DNA of 64,000 nucleotides from NCBI RefSeq assembly GCF_031769215.1, contig NW_026782164.1, positions 496,001 to 560,000 on the forward strand, in the 5' to 3' direction. Each line of letters starts with the position of its first letter. The stretch's first letter is position 1. This DNA comes from Ylistrum balloti (taxonomy: Eukaryota). This document shows positions 48,863 to 63,400 of the stretch, piece after piece. The position numbers were made by a program, and so were the translations under genes. Below the pieces are notes generated by a model. It saw only the letters and a list, made by a program, of their open reading frames with translations. It was not told the DNA's origin and searched no databases.

Positions 48863-51309
48863 AGATAAAATGTGTTACATATTTATGAATTACTACCTAT
48901 ATTCTGCCTATTTGAGTTATTTTATGATAATTATCATTTATGTATAGGACAAGCCAGGCATGTCACAGAAAATTGCAGGCTGAATCTATTCTCACAGCAG
49001 GGGTAACAAAATATATGATTTATGTTAAGTGATAATGATATTACGAAGAAGTTGAAATATATACAACCATCTGTTGTAATAGGTTGACAAAAATGTGTAA
49101 TATATTTATGTATCATTTTATGACAGTACACAAGAAACGAACATCATCATATCTCGAAATATGTTACAAATATATATGAAATCCATAAGCTGTTAGTCGT
49201 GATCAAGTCGTAATACACATTATTGTAAACAACTCGAGTCTCTGAAGTTTTAAATAGGATGCACAGAACAATGGTACAGCTGGCACTTTCATAGTCGTGA
49301 ATTACATAATGCTGTTACCCCCGCAGTGAGATAAACCATGTTTGTTTTTTGTTTCTAAAATATATCTCAAACATCGCAGAATAGAAAGACTGAGGAAGAG
49401 CTGTGGCTGTGTGGTGGATAGTCAGAAAGCTATCCTATTACTTCCCGTATAGTCCTCTATTTCAACCTGCTTACTCACTTTGCTTATACCATAGCATTTC
49501 ATTGCTTAGCTATCTAATGATTATTTGGTTCACGTCCGATTCTAAAATGAACACTTAGAGAAAAAAATAAAATAAAAAATAATAAAAACGAATCAAAATA
49601 AAATCTAAAAACAAAACAAACGGACATCAAGCATTGAAGAAAGGTTATCATAAAACAGGGGTTTGTCTGATTAACTATTCTTAGTAACTGTTTGGTGAGA
49701 AATATTCATAAAAATGACTTACATATAGCTACGTTCTGTAGTAACAACCAGAATTATGATATGGTATTATTTTGTCGCATGAATGTGAGTTTTGCTATTT
49801 CAAGTGGCATGTTTCGCGGTACAAATAACTTGAGGTATATTTCTAGCTTTTCGCTATGGTTTAAATATGCATACAAAAAATATTAATTTGAAGTGAGCAC
49901 ATGTGCAGCTGTATATTTGATCACCTAGAAGGGGAATTGGCCACTAAAAACGCATTGACTGATATGGCTTGGAAGTTCCATTAATACTGAGCAGGTACTA
50001 ATAATTTATTAGATGATCATTGATCTAATCTAACTGAGATATATTTACTTTAATCCATGCCGGGTTGATTTCCAAATATTGTTAACTTGTAACCAATAAA
50101 TTATGTCAAAGATTTTTTTGTGTTTGTTTTGTTTTTGCTTTTCTGTAAGTGTTCATTTTATGATCGAACATGAACCAAATAATCATGCCAGAGTCTAGCT
50201 GGAGACATCTTTATATACATCCAATAGATCGAATGCACACGTCTGTTGGAGTAAAATTATGCCCGTGCTTTATAATCCCATATATCTACCGGAAGTAAAT
50301 AAAGTAGTAAATCTATTAATCGACATTCACAAAGTTAACAAATAACACGGTACTAGGTACAGGTGAATCCTTTTATAAGTTTCTGACATCTGAATTCCTA
50401 TAAATTTGTCACCGCCGTTGAAATTTAATGTTTATATTGCAATGGCGTAAGCTAGTGTGCTCCTGTATTTGAGTCATCATATTCTTATAAACTTAATTTC
50501 ATAACTGACTTCTGTCCGTTTTGTCTTGCTTTTATGTTTATGATTTTGCATCTAATATCTGTATCATCATCGGATATAGACCGAGGTATTAGTGATGATA
50601 ATTACAATCAATCTTCAGCAGGGTGTAGACTCTGAAAACGCGGAATATATGTCTTACAGTCATTGGTTTACGGCCAACCAATCAACCAGGAGCATAAAAA
50701 CAAATACCTGCATGTAATTTATAGCAATGACTTCAAGCAGAAATGATATTCTAACGATTCAAATGATACAATTTTTATTTCGTATTTCAATTAAATACAC
50801 GTCTCATTTCTACACCACTAAGGAGTAGAATATGTATACATTGTACATATGTTTGAATGTGTTTGCCTAATAGTAACACATTATCGACATTATTAACATT
50901 ATCTGATCTTGCTTTTTTTTTCAAAGAGAAAATCTTTCCGTCTTCAGTCGAGCTGTATATTGCGACTAGTATTTACCTGGATTTCATGCTTCCCTTCTCG
51001 AGTTCCCAGTGGTTACAGTGATTCTTGTGAAAGTAACACTAAGTATTAATCCCGAGTCCCTACAAGGGAGCTTAGTAACACAGTCGGGTTTTTAGTGGGC
51101 TTTAGCACTTGAAACACTCATAAGAATTCGCTTTTTAGATATTTACACATACATTAGACACAACAGGAAATTAACTTAAGGACATATCACAACGTGGAAT
51201 ACGGAAAACACAGCAGTGACACTACGAGCACTGTGCACACATCAAACCAATACACGCAAAAATACAATTTAAATTGATTAGCAATGCACCACACTTGGAT
51301 TAACAAGGT

Positions 51310-51375
51310 TTACTTGGAGGATGTCGTCGATGAAGAAGACGCTAACCCTTCCGGAACGCCAAGTCTCATTCTCCT
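51310..51375 (+). mobile_element. Short 3'-tail remnant of the Penelope-like family
   Basis: GATGTCGTCGATGAAGAAGACGCTAACCCTTCCGGAAC aligns with the reverse complement of about 28880-28917. Confidence 0.5.
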
Positions 51376-51662
51376 TCTGTATTTTTTCAATAGTCTTTAT
51401 ATAAAATGGCCCTCACGCAAGGTACATTTTGTAAGAAGATGCGATGGACAAGGTGAATGGTCCTCCTCTTAAAAATGTTCAAAACTAGGTGTAAAATGGT
51501 AGCTTCTAAGATTCTAATTTATCAGTTTCACCAACAAATTGTATATAGAAAAAAGGTTTGTACTTACTTTGTATATATACAATGTACATATACAGAAGCA
51601 TTTAAGCGTGGCGAATAATATGTTGCAAGAATTTCTAGTGATCACACTTATAGTTTTCTAGT

Positions 51663-51996
51663 ACCTTCAGGTACAACCACCTCTAGTATAGAGTCTGTAG
51701 CGGAGTAATCCCAAACAACATGTTTCCTTCAGAACCTTCAGGTACAACCACCTCTAGTATGGAGTCTGTAGCGGAGTAATCCCAAACAACATGTTTCCTT
51801 CAGAACCTTCCGGTACAACCACCTCTAGTATGGAGTCTGTAGCGAAGTAATCCCAAACAACATGTTTCCTTCAGAACCTTCAGGTATAATTTCCTCTAGT
51901 ATGGAGCCTGTAGCGGAGTAATCCCAAACAACATGTTTCCTTCACTACCTTCAGGTATAATTTCCGCTAGTATGGAGCCTGTAGTGGAGTTATCCC
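51663..51996. repeat. 71-bp tandem repeat, about 4.7 copies
   Basis: Unit ACCTTCAGGTACAACCACCTCTAGTATGGAGTCTGTAGCGGAGTAATCCCAAACAACATGTTTCCTTCAGA starting at 51663, 51734, 51805, 51876 and 51947. Confidence 0.95.
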
Positions 51997-53248
51997 TAAA
52001 TGACACAATCTTTATTCATGCAGTTTTTAACACGAGTAATAACGTATTAAACATCTATCGTACACAATTTTTGTTTTTCATGTTAAACAACCGAGGCCTA
52101 TTCTTTAATACAGATAAACCGGTTCGTTTGGACTTTAATGTACTATTACATACATAAATCGAGACGGGCCTGCAATACAGGCATCCAAAGGCTCGGTCAA
52201 CTCGTCAGAAAGTAAAATCTTATCAGAAGGTCTGCCAGTATTGCATATAAGAACAACGTTGGTCCAACTGAACAAACCGATAAACCGATGAAAAAATGCA
52301 CCTGACCAAACGGCCCGTGCACCGTGCCTAAAATTCGAGAATAACCAACAGTTTTGTTGGTACAAAAAGGAAAGACTAGAGAAGGAGGTCCGGACACCTT
52401 GGATCAGGCTGTGACAAACATATTGTTGAATATTAGTCAGTGTTAGAAGAATGAAATCTGTGTTGAAATGTTAAAGGTCATCAGCAACGATATGTCTCTG
52501 GCCTCTATGTTTTTTTCATAAACATCACCAGGGTAGTACATGGAATCGATGTTTACCTCGCGGCGCGGTAATAACCGAATGTATCCGGTTACGAGTGGGC
52601 TTATACCTGTCCATGCTTCGGTCTTTACCGGTCGCGGTTGGAATCCCTAAATTCAAAATCTGTGACGTTTTATCTACTGCAAATCTTTATTAATTAATAC
52701 TTGTTATGACTTAAGCAGCGATGGTGCACTGTGTTGTCTAAGGGTATTATGAATCAAGAGAACACTCCTAAATACAAAACTATACGGAAAGCTCCCGAAA
52801 CAAAACAGAATGGTGATAAATAACTAGTTAACGAATTAAGAGGTATACTGTTCTAGATCTGCATGAATCTGAGCAGTATGTTAATTGGAAGATAAATATT
52901 ATTTTCGACACATGCTGACATCCCTTTTTATGTCAAACCTGGGTGTACGACTGGATACAGATGTATGTCCAGCGTCACATTTCCTGGTGTTAGACATAGG
53001 TATCATATATCTGTATACTTCCATACATGAGAAGACTTAGGGAGTAAATGATGACGTAACATAAATGTAAACCATAATCTTACCTTTTTATGTATGTAAA
53101 TAACATATTATGTATTCTGTGTTAACCCAATCAAAACTGTTTTTCATATGCTTATCGAACCAAACCATTACGCTGGTATGTATAAGTAAGACAAGACAAT
53201 CGCGTTATTCTGATGCATAGCCGATTGTGGACATTTTACCCTACAAGC

Positions 53249-54201
53249 GTTCACGGATAGAGCGGGTATTCAATATGTTCATGGATAGAGCGGGTGTTCA
53301 CGGATAGAGTGTATGTTATATATGTTCACGGATAGAGCGGGTGTTCAATATGTTCACGGATAGAACGGGTGTTCAATATGTTCACAGATAGAGCGGGTGT
53401 TCAATATGTTCACGGATAGAGCGGGTGTTCAATATGTTCACGGATAGAGCGAGTGTTCAATATGTTCATGTATAGAGAGTGTGTTCAATATGTTCACGGA
53501 TAGAGCGGGTGTTCAATATGTTCACGGATAGAACGGGTGTTCAATATGTTCACGGATAGAGCGGGTGTTCAATATGTTCACGGATAGAGCGAGTGTTCAA
53601 TATGTTCATGTATAGAGAGTGTGTTCAATATGTTCACGGATAGAGCGAGTGTTCAATATGTTCTCAGATAGAGCGGGTGTTCAATATGTTCACGGATAGG
53701 GTAGGTGTTCAATATGTTCACGGATAGAGCGAGTGTTCAATATGTTCACCGATAGGGTAGGTGTTCAATATGTTCACGTATAGAGCAGGTGTTCAATATG
53801 TTCACGGATAGAGCAGGTCTTCAATTTGTTAACGGATAGAGTAGGTCTTCAATATGTTCATGTATAGAGAGTGTGTTCAATATGTTCACGGATTGAGTGG
53901 GTGTTCAATATGTTCACAGATAGAGCGGGCATTCAATATTGTTACGGATAGAGAGTGCATTCAGTATGTTCACAGATAGAGAGAGTGTTCAATATGTGAA
54001 CGGAAAGAGTGGGCGTTCAATATCTTCATATATAGAGTGGGTGTTCAGTATGTTCACGGATAGAGCGAGTGTTCAATATGTTCACGGATAGAGTGGGTGT
54101 TCAATATGTTCATGGATAGAGCGGTTGTTCAATATGTTAACGGAAAGAGCAGGTGTTCAATATGTTGACAGATAAAGTGGGTATTCAATATGTTCACGGA
54201 T
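53249..54201. repeat. 28-bp minisatellite, about 34 copies
   Basis: Unit GTTCACGGATAGAGCGGGTGTTCAATAT (e.g. 53352, 53380); ends about 290 bp upstream of the SLC5 ATG. Confidence 0.96.
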
Positions 54202-54490
54202 TGATCAAATGTTCGATATAATTATATATATATAGATGTCGTTATTTACTTTTTGGGGCACTGGGCAAATAGTTGTTAGCCTGCGGAAGGCAGCATTCAG
54301 ATAACACCAAGACTTAAACAATTTTCACCTCCAACTAAAGATTTACAATGAATAAATATTTGAAGTATTCTTAATGATTAACCTGTATGCCAGGACAGCG
54401 TCCTGAATGACATTACAACATTAATCTGGTACGCAGTTGTACGTGATATCAAGGGAGAAAATTGAGACAAACGACTCTAGCGCTAACAAC

Positions 54491-57400
54491 ATGGAGAAGG
54501 GCCTCAATCACTGGGTCGACATTCTTATCGTAGTTGTCTACTTTTTCATCGTTATTGGCGTCGGATTATGGGTAAGTATGTTGTTGAATGTTACCTACTT
54601 CCTGGCACTTTACATAACAAATGGTTGATGCTTTTGTCTTCAACAATACCTCTCTTTAGTATTACCCATATGTTTTATTGGTATGTGTGTCACCTGTGAT
54701 ATATATATGTAATATACGAAATAATTCTGTAATTTCTTTTCGGAATCATCTATAAAACGTACAATACAAGGTTTTGAAAGATGCAGGCTGAAAAAGATTA
54801 CGCGATAGTCTGATCATTTCAACTCATTTGCTTTGTAGTTTTCCGTTTCATTTATCGTTTAACATTACTTTGTCTTGTCCGATCTGGTCTTGTTGTCCTT
54901 GTACTCAAGCGTTACCGTAAATCTTTTTGATTGTATTTTGTAATGAAAGATAAATGTAGGGTTTCCATTTTCTCTCATTCGTGCGGTCTTGAAATTCATC
55001 ATGCACGATTCTCCAAAAGCTTACTTTTTTTGCCTTCAAATCAAACCTTTCATTTTCGCTCAGCGTTAAATTCGCCCTGAAATAAATATATACATTTGAT
55101 ATAACCTCACATGACATAAATGTAATCACTTTCAATGCATAACAATGCATAAATATAAAATGTATTGTATGAAATTGTAAAATTGCATGAATGAATTTTC
55201 GCCTGAAGTACACTTATGCGCATGCACACTCAACTGACCAAACGTAAACAAACGTTAACTGAGATAAGGCATACATGAAATAAACTCTGCCATGACAACT
55301 TTTTTCTGCTTATGTTTATCTGTCAGGTGGAGTAACATTCGTATCCATCTTTGTCCCGTTCCACTGTCCAACTGTCTAGTAAATGGCCGTATACTCAGTG
55401 AACTTGCATACCTAGGGTTTGTAATGTATTCACGGGAACGGCATGTAAATATACACTATATACTCTATACATACCTGGATTATTACCATACAGCACCCTC
55501 TACCGGGACATAAATGTAACACATAGTGGTTACTCAACGACAGGTGTTTACCATGGTTGTTTTACTCGAGTTAGTTAATTTTCAAATGAATGAACTAATT
55601 CATATAATAGCACAAAAGCAAATTAAATACAAGACAGGTGTAGGTGAACGTGTGTGATGGGTAAAAATGCATTCAACTAATGATTTATATTTGTTTTACG
55701 AAATTGATAATTTAAAGTAAATGGTATGATAATTAATTTTTCGATTTTTTTAAGCAAAATGCAAATTTCTGGTTCTGATTTTCTTTTCATTTCTCCCTGA
55801 ACCAATAAACATCTAGCTCCGCCGACTTGATAATGACCGGAGGAGTTGATAACAACACGCCACCTTGCGGCGGGTCTGTTGGAACTTCTTTTTTATGAAT
55901 GGAATTTCTCTTGACTTTAATCTGCATAGTGATTGGATCGCTGTCATTCAATGTTGTAAACAAAAAAACGGACTACAACATCATAAAATATTCAAATAGT
56001 TTACAATGTACACTAACAATAAAAAAACGAATAGATAAAGGATTTATCAGGGAAAACATAACGGGTTTATCAGGAGAAAAGATGCTATTTCACAATTTTA
56101 CACATTTCCGTTTGGAATATGACCGACCCGACTAATGAATGAATTTCGAATGAGTGAAAATGGTGCGCATTAATCATAAGTTTAGTTTCATGTTATTTTG
56201 AAAAAAAAGTTTTTGCAAACTTATTATGAACAAGCTATCAACGATTTTATCTCCCCAGTGGAGGTAAGTGTTGTAACAGAAATAACATATTTTTGAATTT
56301 GGAATTATAAAGTATCTTTTTTCATTCAGCATTGCGTGTAAACCAACTTTAAAAAACATGTTTGAGACTGATTTGCAAATAGCATGAATTTTGCTATCAA
56401 AATCTGATACCGCTTATGCTATTTCATGTTTTAACCGAATTCACGAACTTTCACATTGAGTCACATTATCTACACGTTATGCATCAACAAATCGCCAATT
56501 TCCACTTCCTCATAGTGAGCGATTTGAAAAGCATATATTTCAATGCTTCAGTTTACCTTCCAATTATCCGTAAGCAAATAACAATAGTGTACCAGTTTCA
56601 TGCCAAAATATTCATTACGTTTAAAATAGTCAAACCCATTTAATTCATCTACACGTTTGTTCTTTAAACTATGGCCTACGAATTACCAGCTTTGTCCATT
56701 TAAGCTCACCTCCTATTCACAACGTCTATACTGTTCCGAGTCCCGCGTCAAAACAACCACCGTTTTAATCTTGAGAAATAGTTCTATACAATTATCAAGT
56801 CACAAATATTGGTTTATGTTTTACATTAGTCACTCCGTAGACCAAAGAGAGGGGATGTGAAAAGTTATTTCCTGGCGGGCCGTTCCATGCCATGGTTTGC
56901 TGTAAGTATAAGGCAAGGAGGTTCATATCCATAGTTTACTATAAGTAAAAGGGAGGGTATCCTTGCCATTGTTGACTTGAGTTTGATCCTAATTTACTGC
57001 TATAGTATCATATGATGATAAGAAATATTATTTGATCAATAAAGACGATCATATCAAATGATCGATACGAGATGAATTTGGTTATAAAGGGGAGGATAAT
57101 AAAACCGCCAGATGTAACATTTATAGATAAAGGTATGATTGCCTGGATCTTCATAGCAAAAGGATTTTACATCAGCAACAACAAGAAAACACTGTTAACA
57201 AAATCTTAATCCGAACCCCTACATCAATGGATCGTGGGCAATTCTTGAAAATATGTAAGGTATACACGTCTCTTAATGGTGTGACGTGCATGGGTTCTGT
57301 CTGGAAGGAAACAGATGCATTTAGAGAAATTCTGCCTGGTAAGACAGGTGTCACAGTATTACACTTTGATTGGTAAATCAAGTCCGACGTAACCGGAGAT

Positions 57401-60400
57401 GGACATACAATCCTACTTTCTTATATTCAACTCCCAGTATTCTTTACATGACGTCAGCCGAATCAGATATGGACTTTATACATAAAAACAGTACAAAAGT
57501 TTTTTTTTTCCCGTGCTTTCCTAAATTGTCTTTTCGTTGCTGTTAAATATAATTTATGAAAAATCTGCAAAGATTCAGAAGTATTGGTTTTGTGACGATT
57601 TCACCGATATTTTCTGGCATTGTTATGTCTTTTTTATGAGGTTGGCGCGTCGTTGTTCTCCAGCAACATTGGCAGTGAACATTTTGTTGGTTTGGCAGGA
57701 GCCGGGGCGTCCTCGGGTATAGCCATGGTCTTGTATGAGTGGTTTGTAAGTATGTGACGCTATGTGACGACTATACAGGCAGACTACTTGTCGCTTGTCG
57801 AAACAAGATGATATAACAGATAAGCCACTTATTTTCATACATATTTGAAGGTAACACTAGTTTCTTTTAAACATACATCAGCCCTTAATCTGATCAATTT
57901 TCTTTGTGATGTTTTAATGTATAGTTTGATTATAAGCACGGTGTCTGTTAAGTAGCAACAGTGATTTGAATGAAATGTTCTATCTGATGGTATAAAATTG
58001 ATTGTAGCGACTGATTTTGATATGCCTGGATAATATATATATATATATATATATTTGTGAGTGCGGGTGGGTTGGATGTTTCGCTGACTATAATATACTC
58101 TAACCATATTCCTTGTTAATTTTATAGGTAATATACTATAATAAATTCTAATCGTAATCCTAGTATCGACTGACTTTACATAGTCTAATCATGTTTCTAA
58201 TCGATACCAATATAATTCGGATGTGATTAATCAAAAGTTCTCAGAAATTTTTTTTCCCTGACGTTTTTGTTAATTTCAGGTTATATTCCTGATTCTTCTA
58301 TGTGGCTGGCTGTTCCTTCCTGTCTACATATCGGCTGGGGTAGGTTGATAATTTCAAAGGCATTCTTTAGGTTGTCAAATATGAAATCTGGCTGTTTCAT
58401 TAAGTTAAAGCATATAGTCTTCAGGTCTCTTACAATAAAACATTTTTCTGCTTGTCTGTAGGTATATACACTTCCGGAGTACATCGAAAAACGACATGGA
58501 GGGCGAAAGTTGAGAACATACTTATGTTGTATTGGCCTTATCTTGTACATTGTCACCAAACTTGCCGTGAGTTCTAAATGATGCGTTTTCAGTTAGTTAT
58601 TTCCTTATGCTGTTTTCTTCAAACAATTCATCCCCAGTGCTAATTCTTGGGCTAGAATCTGTATTAAACCGCCAGAGAAGGTGTAAATGATATCAACGCT
58701 AAACCATACCTCCTTTACGAATTTAGAAGCCAAAGGTGTGACAAAGAGTTGTTTTCCCCTCTTTTTTTTCTGTAGGTAAGCATATTTGCTGGTTCCATGT
58801 TTATCCAGATGACCCTCGGTTGGGATATGTATTTGTCAATTATTGTATTGCTTGTTATAACGTCGATATACACCATCCTCGGTAAGTAGAATATTTACCT
58901 GTTGTAAGAGAGAAGGATGTGTACTATTTAATAGTATACACATATATTGTACACTGCATATGTATCCATCAATTTAACCGATAAGGGTCTTAGTCACTGA
59001 GATGTATTTCTTTGGTATACGCATCATATGTACTTGCATTTATAAATTCTTTTCCTTTTGTCACGTAAACGCAGAAAATATAGTTGGAAATATGTCGGTT
59101 ATGAGAGAAAGCAATTAGAGAAATATGTCATTTCCGATGACACATTGTCCTTGTTCTTTGTAGACGATAAAATACCACATCGTATTGTTTTAGCTTTGCT
59201 CCATAGAGTCTTGTTAGTTGCTTTTTCTGACAATGCATGTTCAAATGAGTATGTATAATTTATGTTGAAAGGTGGATTGACGGCAGTGATGTACACAGAT
59301 ACATTTCAAACAGTTGTCATGATTCTCGGGTCTCTCTCCATCACAGTTATCGGTAAGACAACAGAGCTTGTTTGTCAAGTTGTTAATTTTAGTTGCGGCA
59401 ACATACAGAAACATGTTTGTATGTTATCCGAGATATCAGATAAAGTTTGTTCCAGTTATCAGACCAGTATCACCTCATATCAGGACTCTGAAGATGTTAA
59501 TTTCGATAAATCATTATCACTCTTTAATATTCCTGTCCCGAAATAATGAAATGTGAGTGAAATGAAAATATATATGCATAGCCACACTTACAGTATTGAG
59601 TGATAAAGTCTAGAGATGTAACGGGAAAATGTAGGCGTCAATTATACAGATTAAGTAAGATCAAGAAAATTGTCCCATTCTCAAAAAGAATATAACCTTG
59701 AAAGCGACAAGAAAGGTATCAAACATTTCAAGAACCCACGAAAAATCTTTAGTTGTAATATCGTAGAGAGATGTGTTGGTGATATTAACATTTTTTTCAT
59801 TGACTTATAGTCTGATCATCTAGTGTTGCAGGTTTTTCCATGAACAGATCGCGATCACAGTAATCGTGATAATTAAAACGGGTTTTGAATTCATATTTCA
59901 CGGAAATGAAGTTAGGGTACTTTTATGTATTATGAAGAGGTTTACTCACAAAAAGAAAATAGAAATAGATATTGTCACACATCTCTCCACATGAAGGAAA
60001 TCAAAATGCAAATATGATTTAACTGAATTCTGATATATAATTCCTGTGTACAACATGCTGACTTTCAGTCCATTGTGACAGGATTTCAGAATGTTGGCGG
60101 CATGGAAACTTTAAAAACGAAATATATGGCAGCCATACCAAAGATCCGAAACAATGTCACGACATGTGGTATACCGAAGAAGGATTCATTTCAAGTATTC
60201 CTTGACCCTGTCGATGGAGATTATCCATGGCCTGGCCTTGTCCTACAGAGCTCACTCGGTTGTCTTTGGTATTGGTGCTGTGACCAGGTAGGGACAAATA
60301 ACATACAGCAGAGGAATCTGATGCCTCTAGTTCTGTTCAAATGTGTGCAGAGTTTAACTATAAATATTTGCTGGAGGAAAATCACAATTTAGTACTTCAT

Positions 60401-63400
60401 CGGTTTTGATGATCTAGTTGTTCAAAATTGTTTTATCCTCGTAAATGTTCTATTAATGTAAGAATGTAGCATTTTAAACAGATTTCAAACACATTTGAAT
60501 TGTCTTGGACACATACTGAAAGTTATGTTTATACAGTTCACATTTTACATCGGAAATTGATCTGTATTTGATAACTTGTTTTTTATTGAGCAAAAGATGT
60601 TCTAGTGGTTACATTAAAAACCTCACCATAAATTTATTACAAACAAATCGTCTTGCAATCTCGTGTTCCAAGGAGTTCTTTCCCACTCCTCTTTTAAAAG
60701 TCGTTGATATATACAATTATGATTTTTCAAATAATGGAGGTTTTGGGATAGTGAATAAAGCGTTTTACGAAATTCAACTGAACAATTATCAGATAAAGTG
60801 AACGGATATGCTTTGTTCTATTAGGCAATCTGTGAATCATTCAAATTAACATCATTTATCATTTCATATATATTGAGTAAATGAGTAATTGGGATAATAT
60901 TCGACAACTAGAAATATACTTTATGTAATATTAGGTTCGTTGCATATAACTTCCCTGATGAACAACCAAACGTATTTATTTATTTTGAAGGTGATTGTTC
61001 AGCGGTCTTTGGGAGCTAAGAACCTGTCCCACGCCAAAGGTGGTTCGATTGTGGCCGGCTACCTCAAGACTCTTCCCCTTTTTTTCATTGTCTTTCCTGG
61101 CATGATCAGCAGGGCGTTGTTTCCTGGTAAACATCTATGACCTTGTTAATCTGCAATCACTAGATGTCTATATGATTGTTTTTAAAAAGGATGTAATTTA
61201 CATGCGATATATATATACATGTACTGGCCCTATCGTATTGCTTAAGCATGTCCCCACTAGCTCAGATATACTCCATAAGTGTTGTAGAGTGTGCAATCTG
61301 AGCATCGCATTTATTACAGGTTTGTTTTCATATATATGATTGCGTGTTTCTTTCATGTAATTACATACTAAACCGTTTCCTATTCCTGACAGCAATAACA
61401 TAATGCTTAAGAATTACTCTTCAGTTTTCTATTATTTTACTTGAACAATGTTACATATCCTATTTTATTGCCTCTATTACCATTAATACTTTGCTAATAT
61501 GTCTTGATATCTAAAAATAAATGTGCAAATGGGCAGGTCTACTGCAAGCCTTTTTTAAGCTATCCAGATTGTATTATATCAATGGATCAATTAAGTCTGT
61601 CAATTCCTTTTAAACATCATATCTTAAGGTTAGGGAGGAAAAAATTCAAGAAATTATCACGACACATTCATTTTGTAAATAAATTCAAACCATTCAGAAG
61701 GAGTACTGTTGTAACACGTGAATAGACATTTTCATCACAGTATACAAAATCAACACGTGTTTTAATTTGTAGCCCCTATATATGCATTTATCATGGTATT
61801 GGCATTAGCAATATTGTTTTGTAGATGAAGTCGGGTGTGTAGATCCGGACGAATGCTCCCGAATATGCGACAATCCAGTCGGCTGTTCTAATATTGCATA
61901 CCCGACACTGGTGCTAAAGCTACTTCCGGTTGGTAGGTACTAGAAAAGAAAGATTTCTGCTATCTTCCCTAGTATTTTCATATTACGTTTTGTCATATAT
62001 TCCTGTTCCGAAATCGATATCATATAATATATTGTTTTTACCATCATAACTGATAATCTTCTCGATATTCTTTTTATCATTATATGGCTATTGTATACAC
62101 GTGTAGGTCTTCGAGGCTTGTTGATGGCAGTGATGGTGTCGGCCATTATGAGTTCTCTAACATCAATCTTCAACAGCTCCAGCACTGTGTTTACTATGGA
62201 TATATGGCGCAGGATCAGAACTCAGGCATCTCAGAGAGAATTGTTACTTGTTGGCAGGTAGGTGTCAAACAATTACTTTTATCAACGTCATACCCACACA
62301 AAATCCCTAAGACGTTGCATTGACATGAGAATATCACTTTGAACTTGTGTTCCTGAAGGTTTTTTATACAAAGTTTGTGTTAAGGTCAGTCTGGCATTTA
62401 CGGAGTACATTAAAAACACTTTCAACATGGAAACAATTACTTTTGAACGTTTGAAAAGGTCTGTGTGAGTATAAATACTCCTGTGAATACTTCCTTCTCA
62501 TTTTCCCGTTCTTTAGACTGTTTGTGGTGTTAATGTGCGTCATCAGTATTCTATGGATTCCTCTCGTCAAGTCCTCTCAGGGCGGGAAACTATTCCAGTA
62601 CATGACAGCAATGGAAGCATACCTCGGATCTCCTACGGGGATTCTGTTCCTGTTGTCGATGTTCTGGAAGGGAACAACAGAAAATGTAAGAAGTGCAGAA
62701 TGTAGAAACAGATTTGATATGAAAACAGATAACCATGGAAAAGCACATTACAATATTAAAATCAATTACTTGATACAATGTCCTTGCGCTAAGACAAAAG
62801 TAGATCTGTGTCATATGCGATTTAGTACGGTGTCTGTGATTGGTTGCAGGGGGCATTCTGGGGTTTGGTATTTGGTCACGTATGTGGAATCATCCGGTTG
62901 GTGTTGGAGTTTGTTTACCCCCAGCCTAACTGTGGAGAAGAAGATACGCGTCCTGCCTTTCTTACCATCAATTACCTATACTTCGGTGTAATCATACTCG
63001 TCATCACAGCGGTTGCCACCATACTTATTAGTTTAGTGACCAAGAGACGACCAGAGGATGAGGTCAGTGTTGTATAACTAGATTCCTTCAAACAGACCAA
63101 AATATATTTTTAGTGATTGTGAAAAAGAAACACAAATAAATAGGAGCTATTAGAGAGAGAAAACATTATAATGACCAAATAATTCATTCAAACTTCACAA
63201 AATAGCTGTTTCGTCCTTTTGAGAATCGTCAGTGATACTAAGGTACAAATCTGTGACATCTTAGAGGCGACGAATGAAAATCTCAAAAGTAAAATTAAAG
63301 GCTTGTAAAAGTAGCAGCTGAGTATCGAGTAATAGACGAAGTAAAGACATACACACTCCCTTTCCTTTGAGACGAGTTTTGTTTGAATTACTTTTTAAAT

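Noticed and set aside
52530-52660. GC-rich segment with GGTTGGAATCCC resembling a Pol III B box
   Set aside because: No convincing A box or cloverleaf; at most a very degraded SINE.
51663-54201. CRISPR-like arrays (71-bp and 28-bp repeats)
   Set aside because: Units are contiguous with no unique spacers, there are no cas genes, and the context is eukaryotic.
57170-57385. Open frames on both strands within SLC5 intron 2
   Set aside because: No recognisable domain or flanking splice signals, and the flanking exons (72 and 105 nt) join in frame without it.
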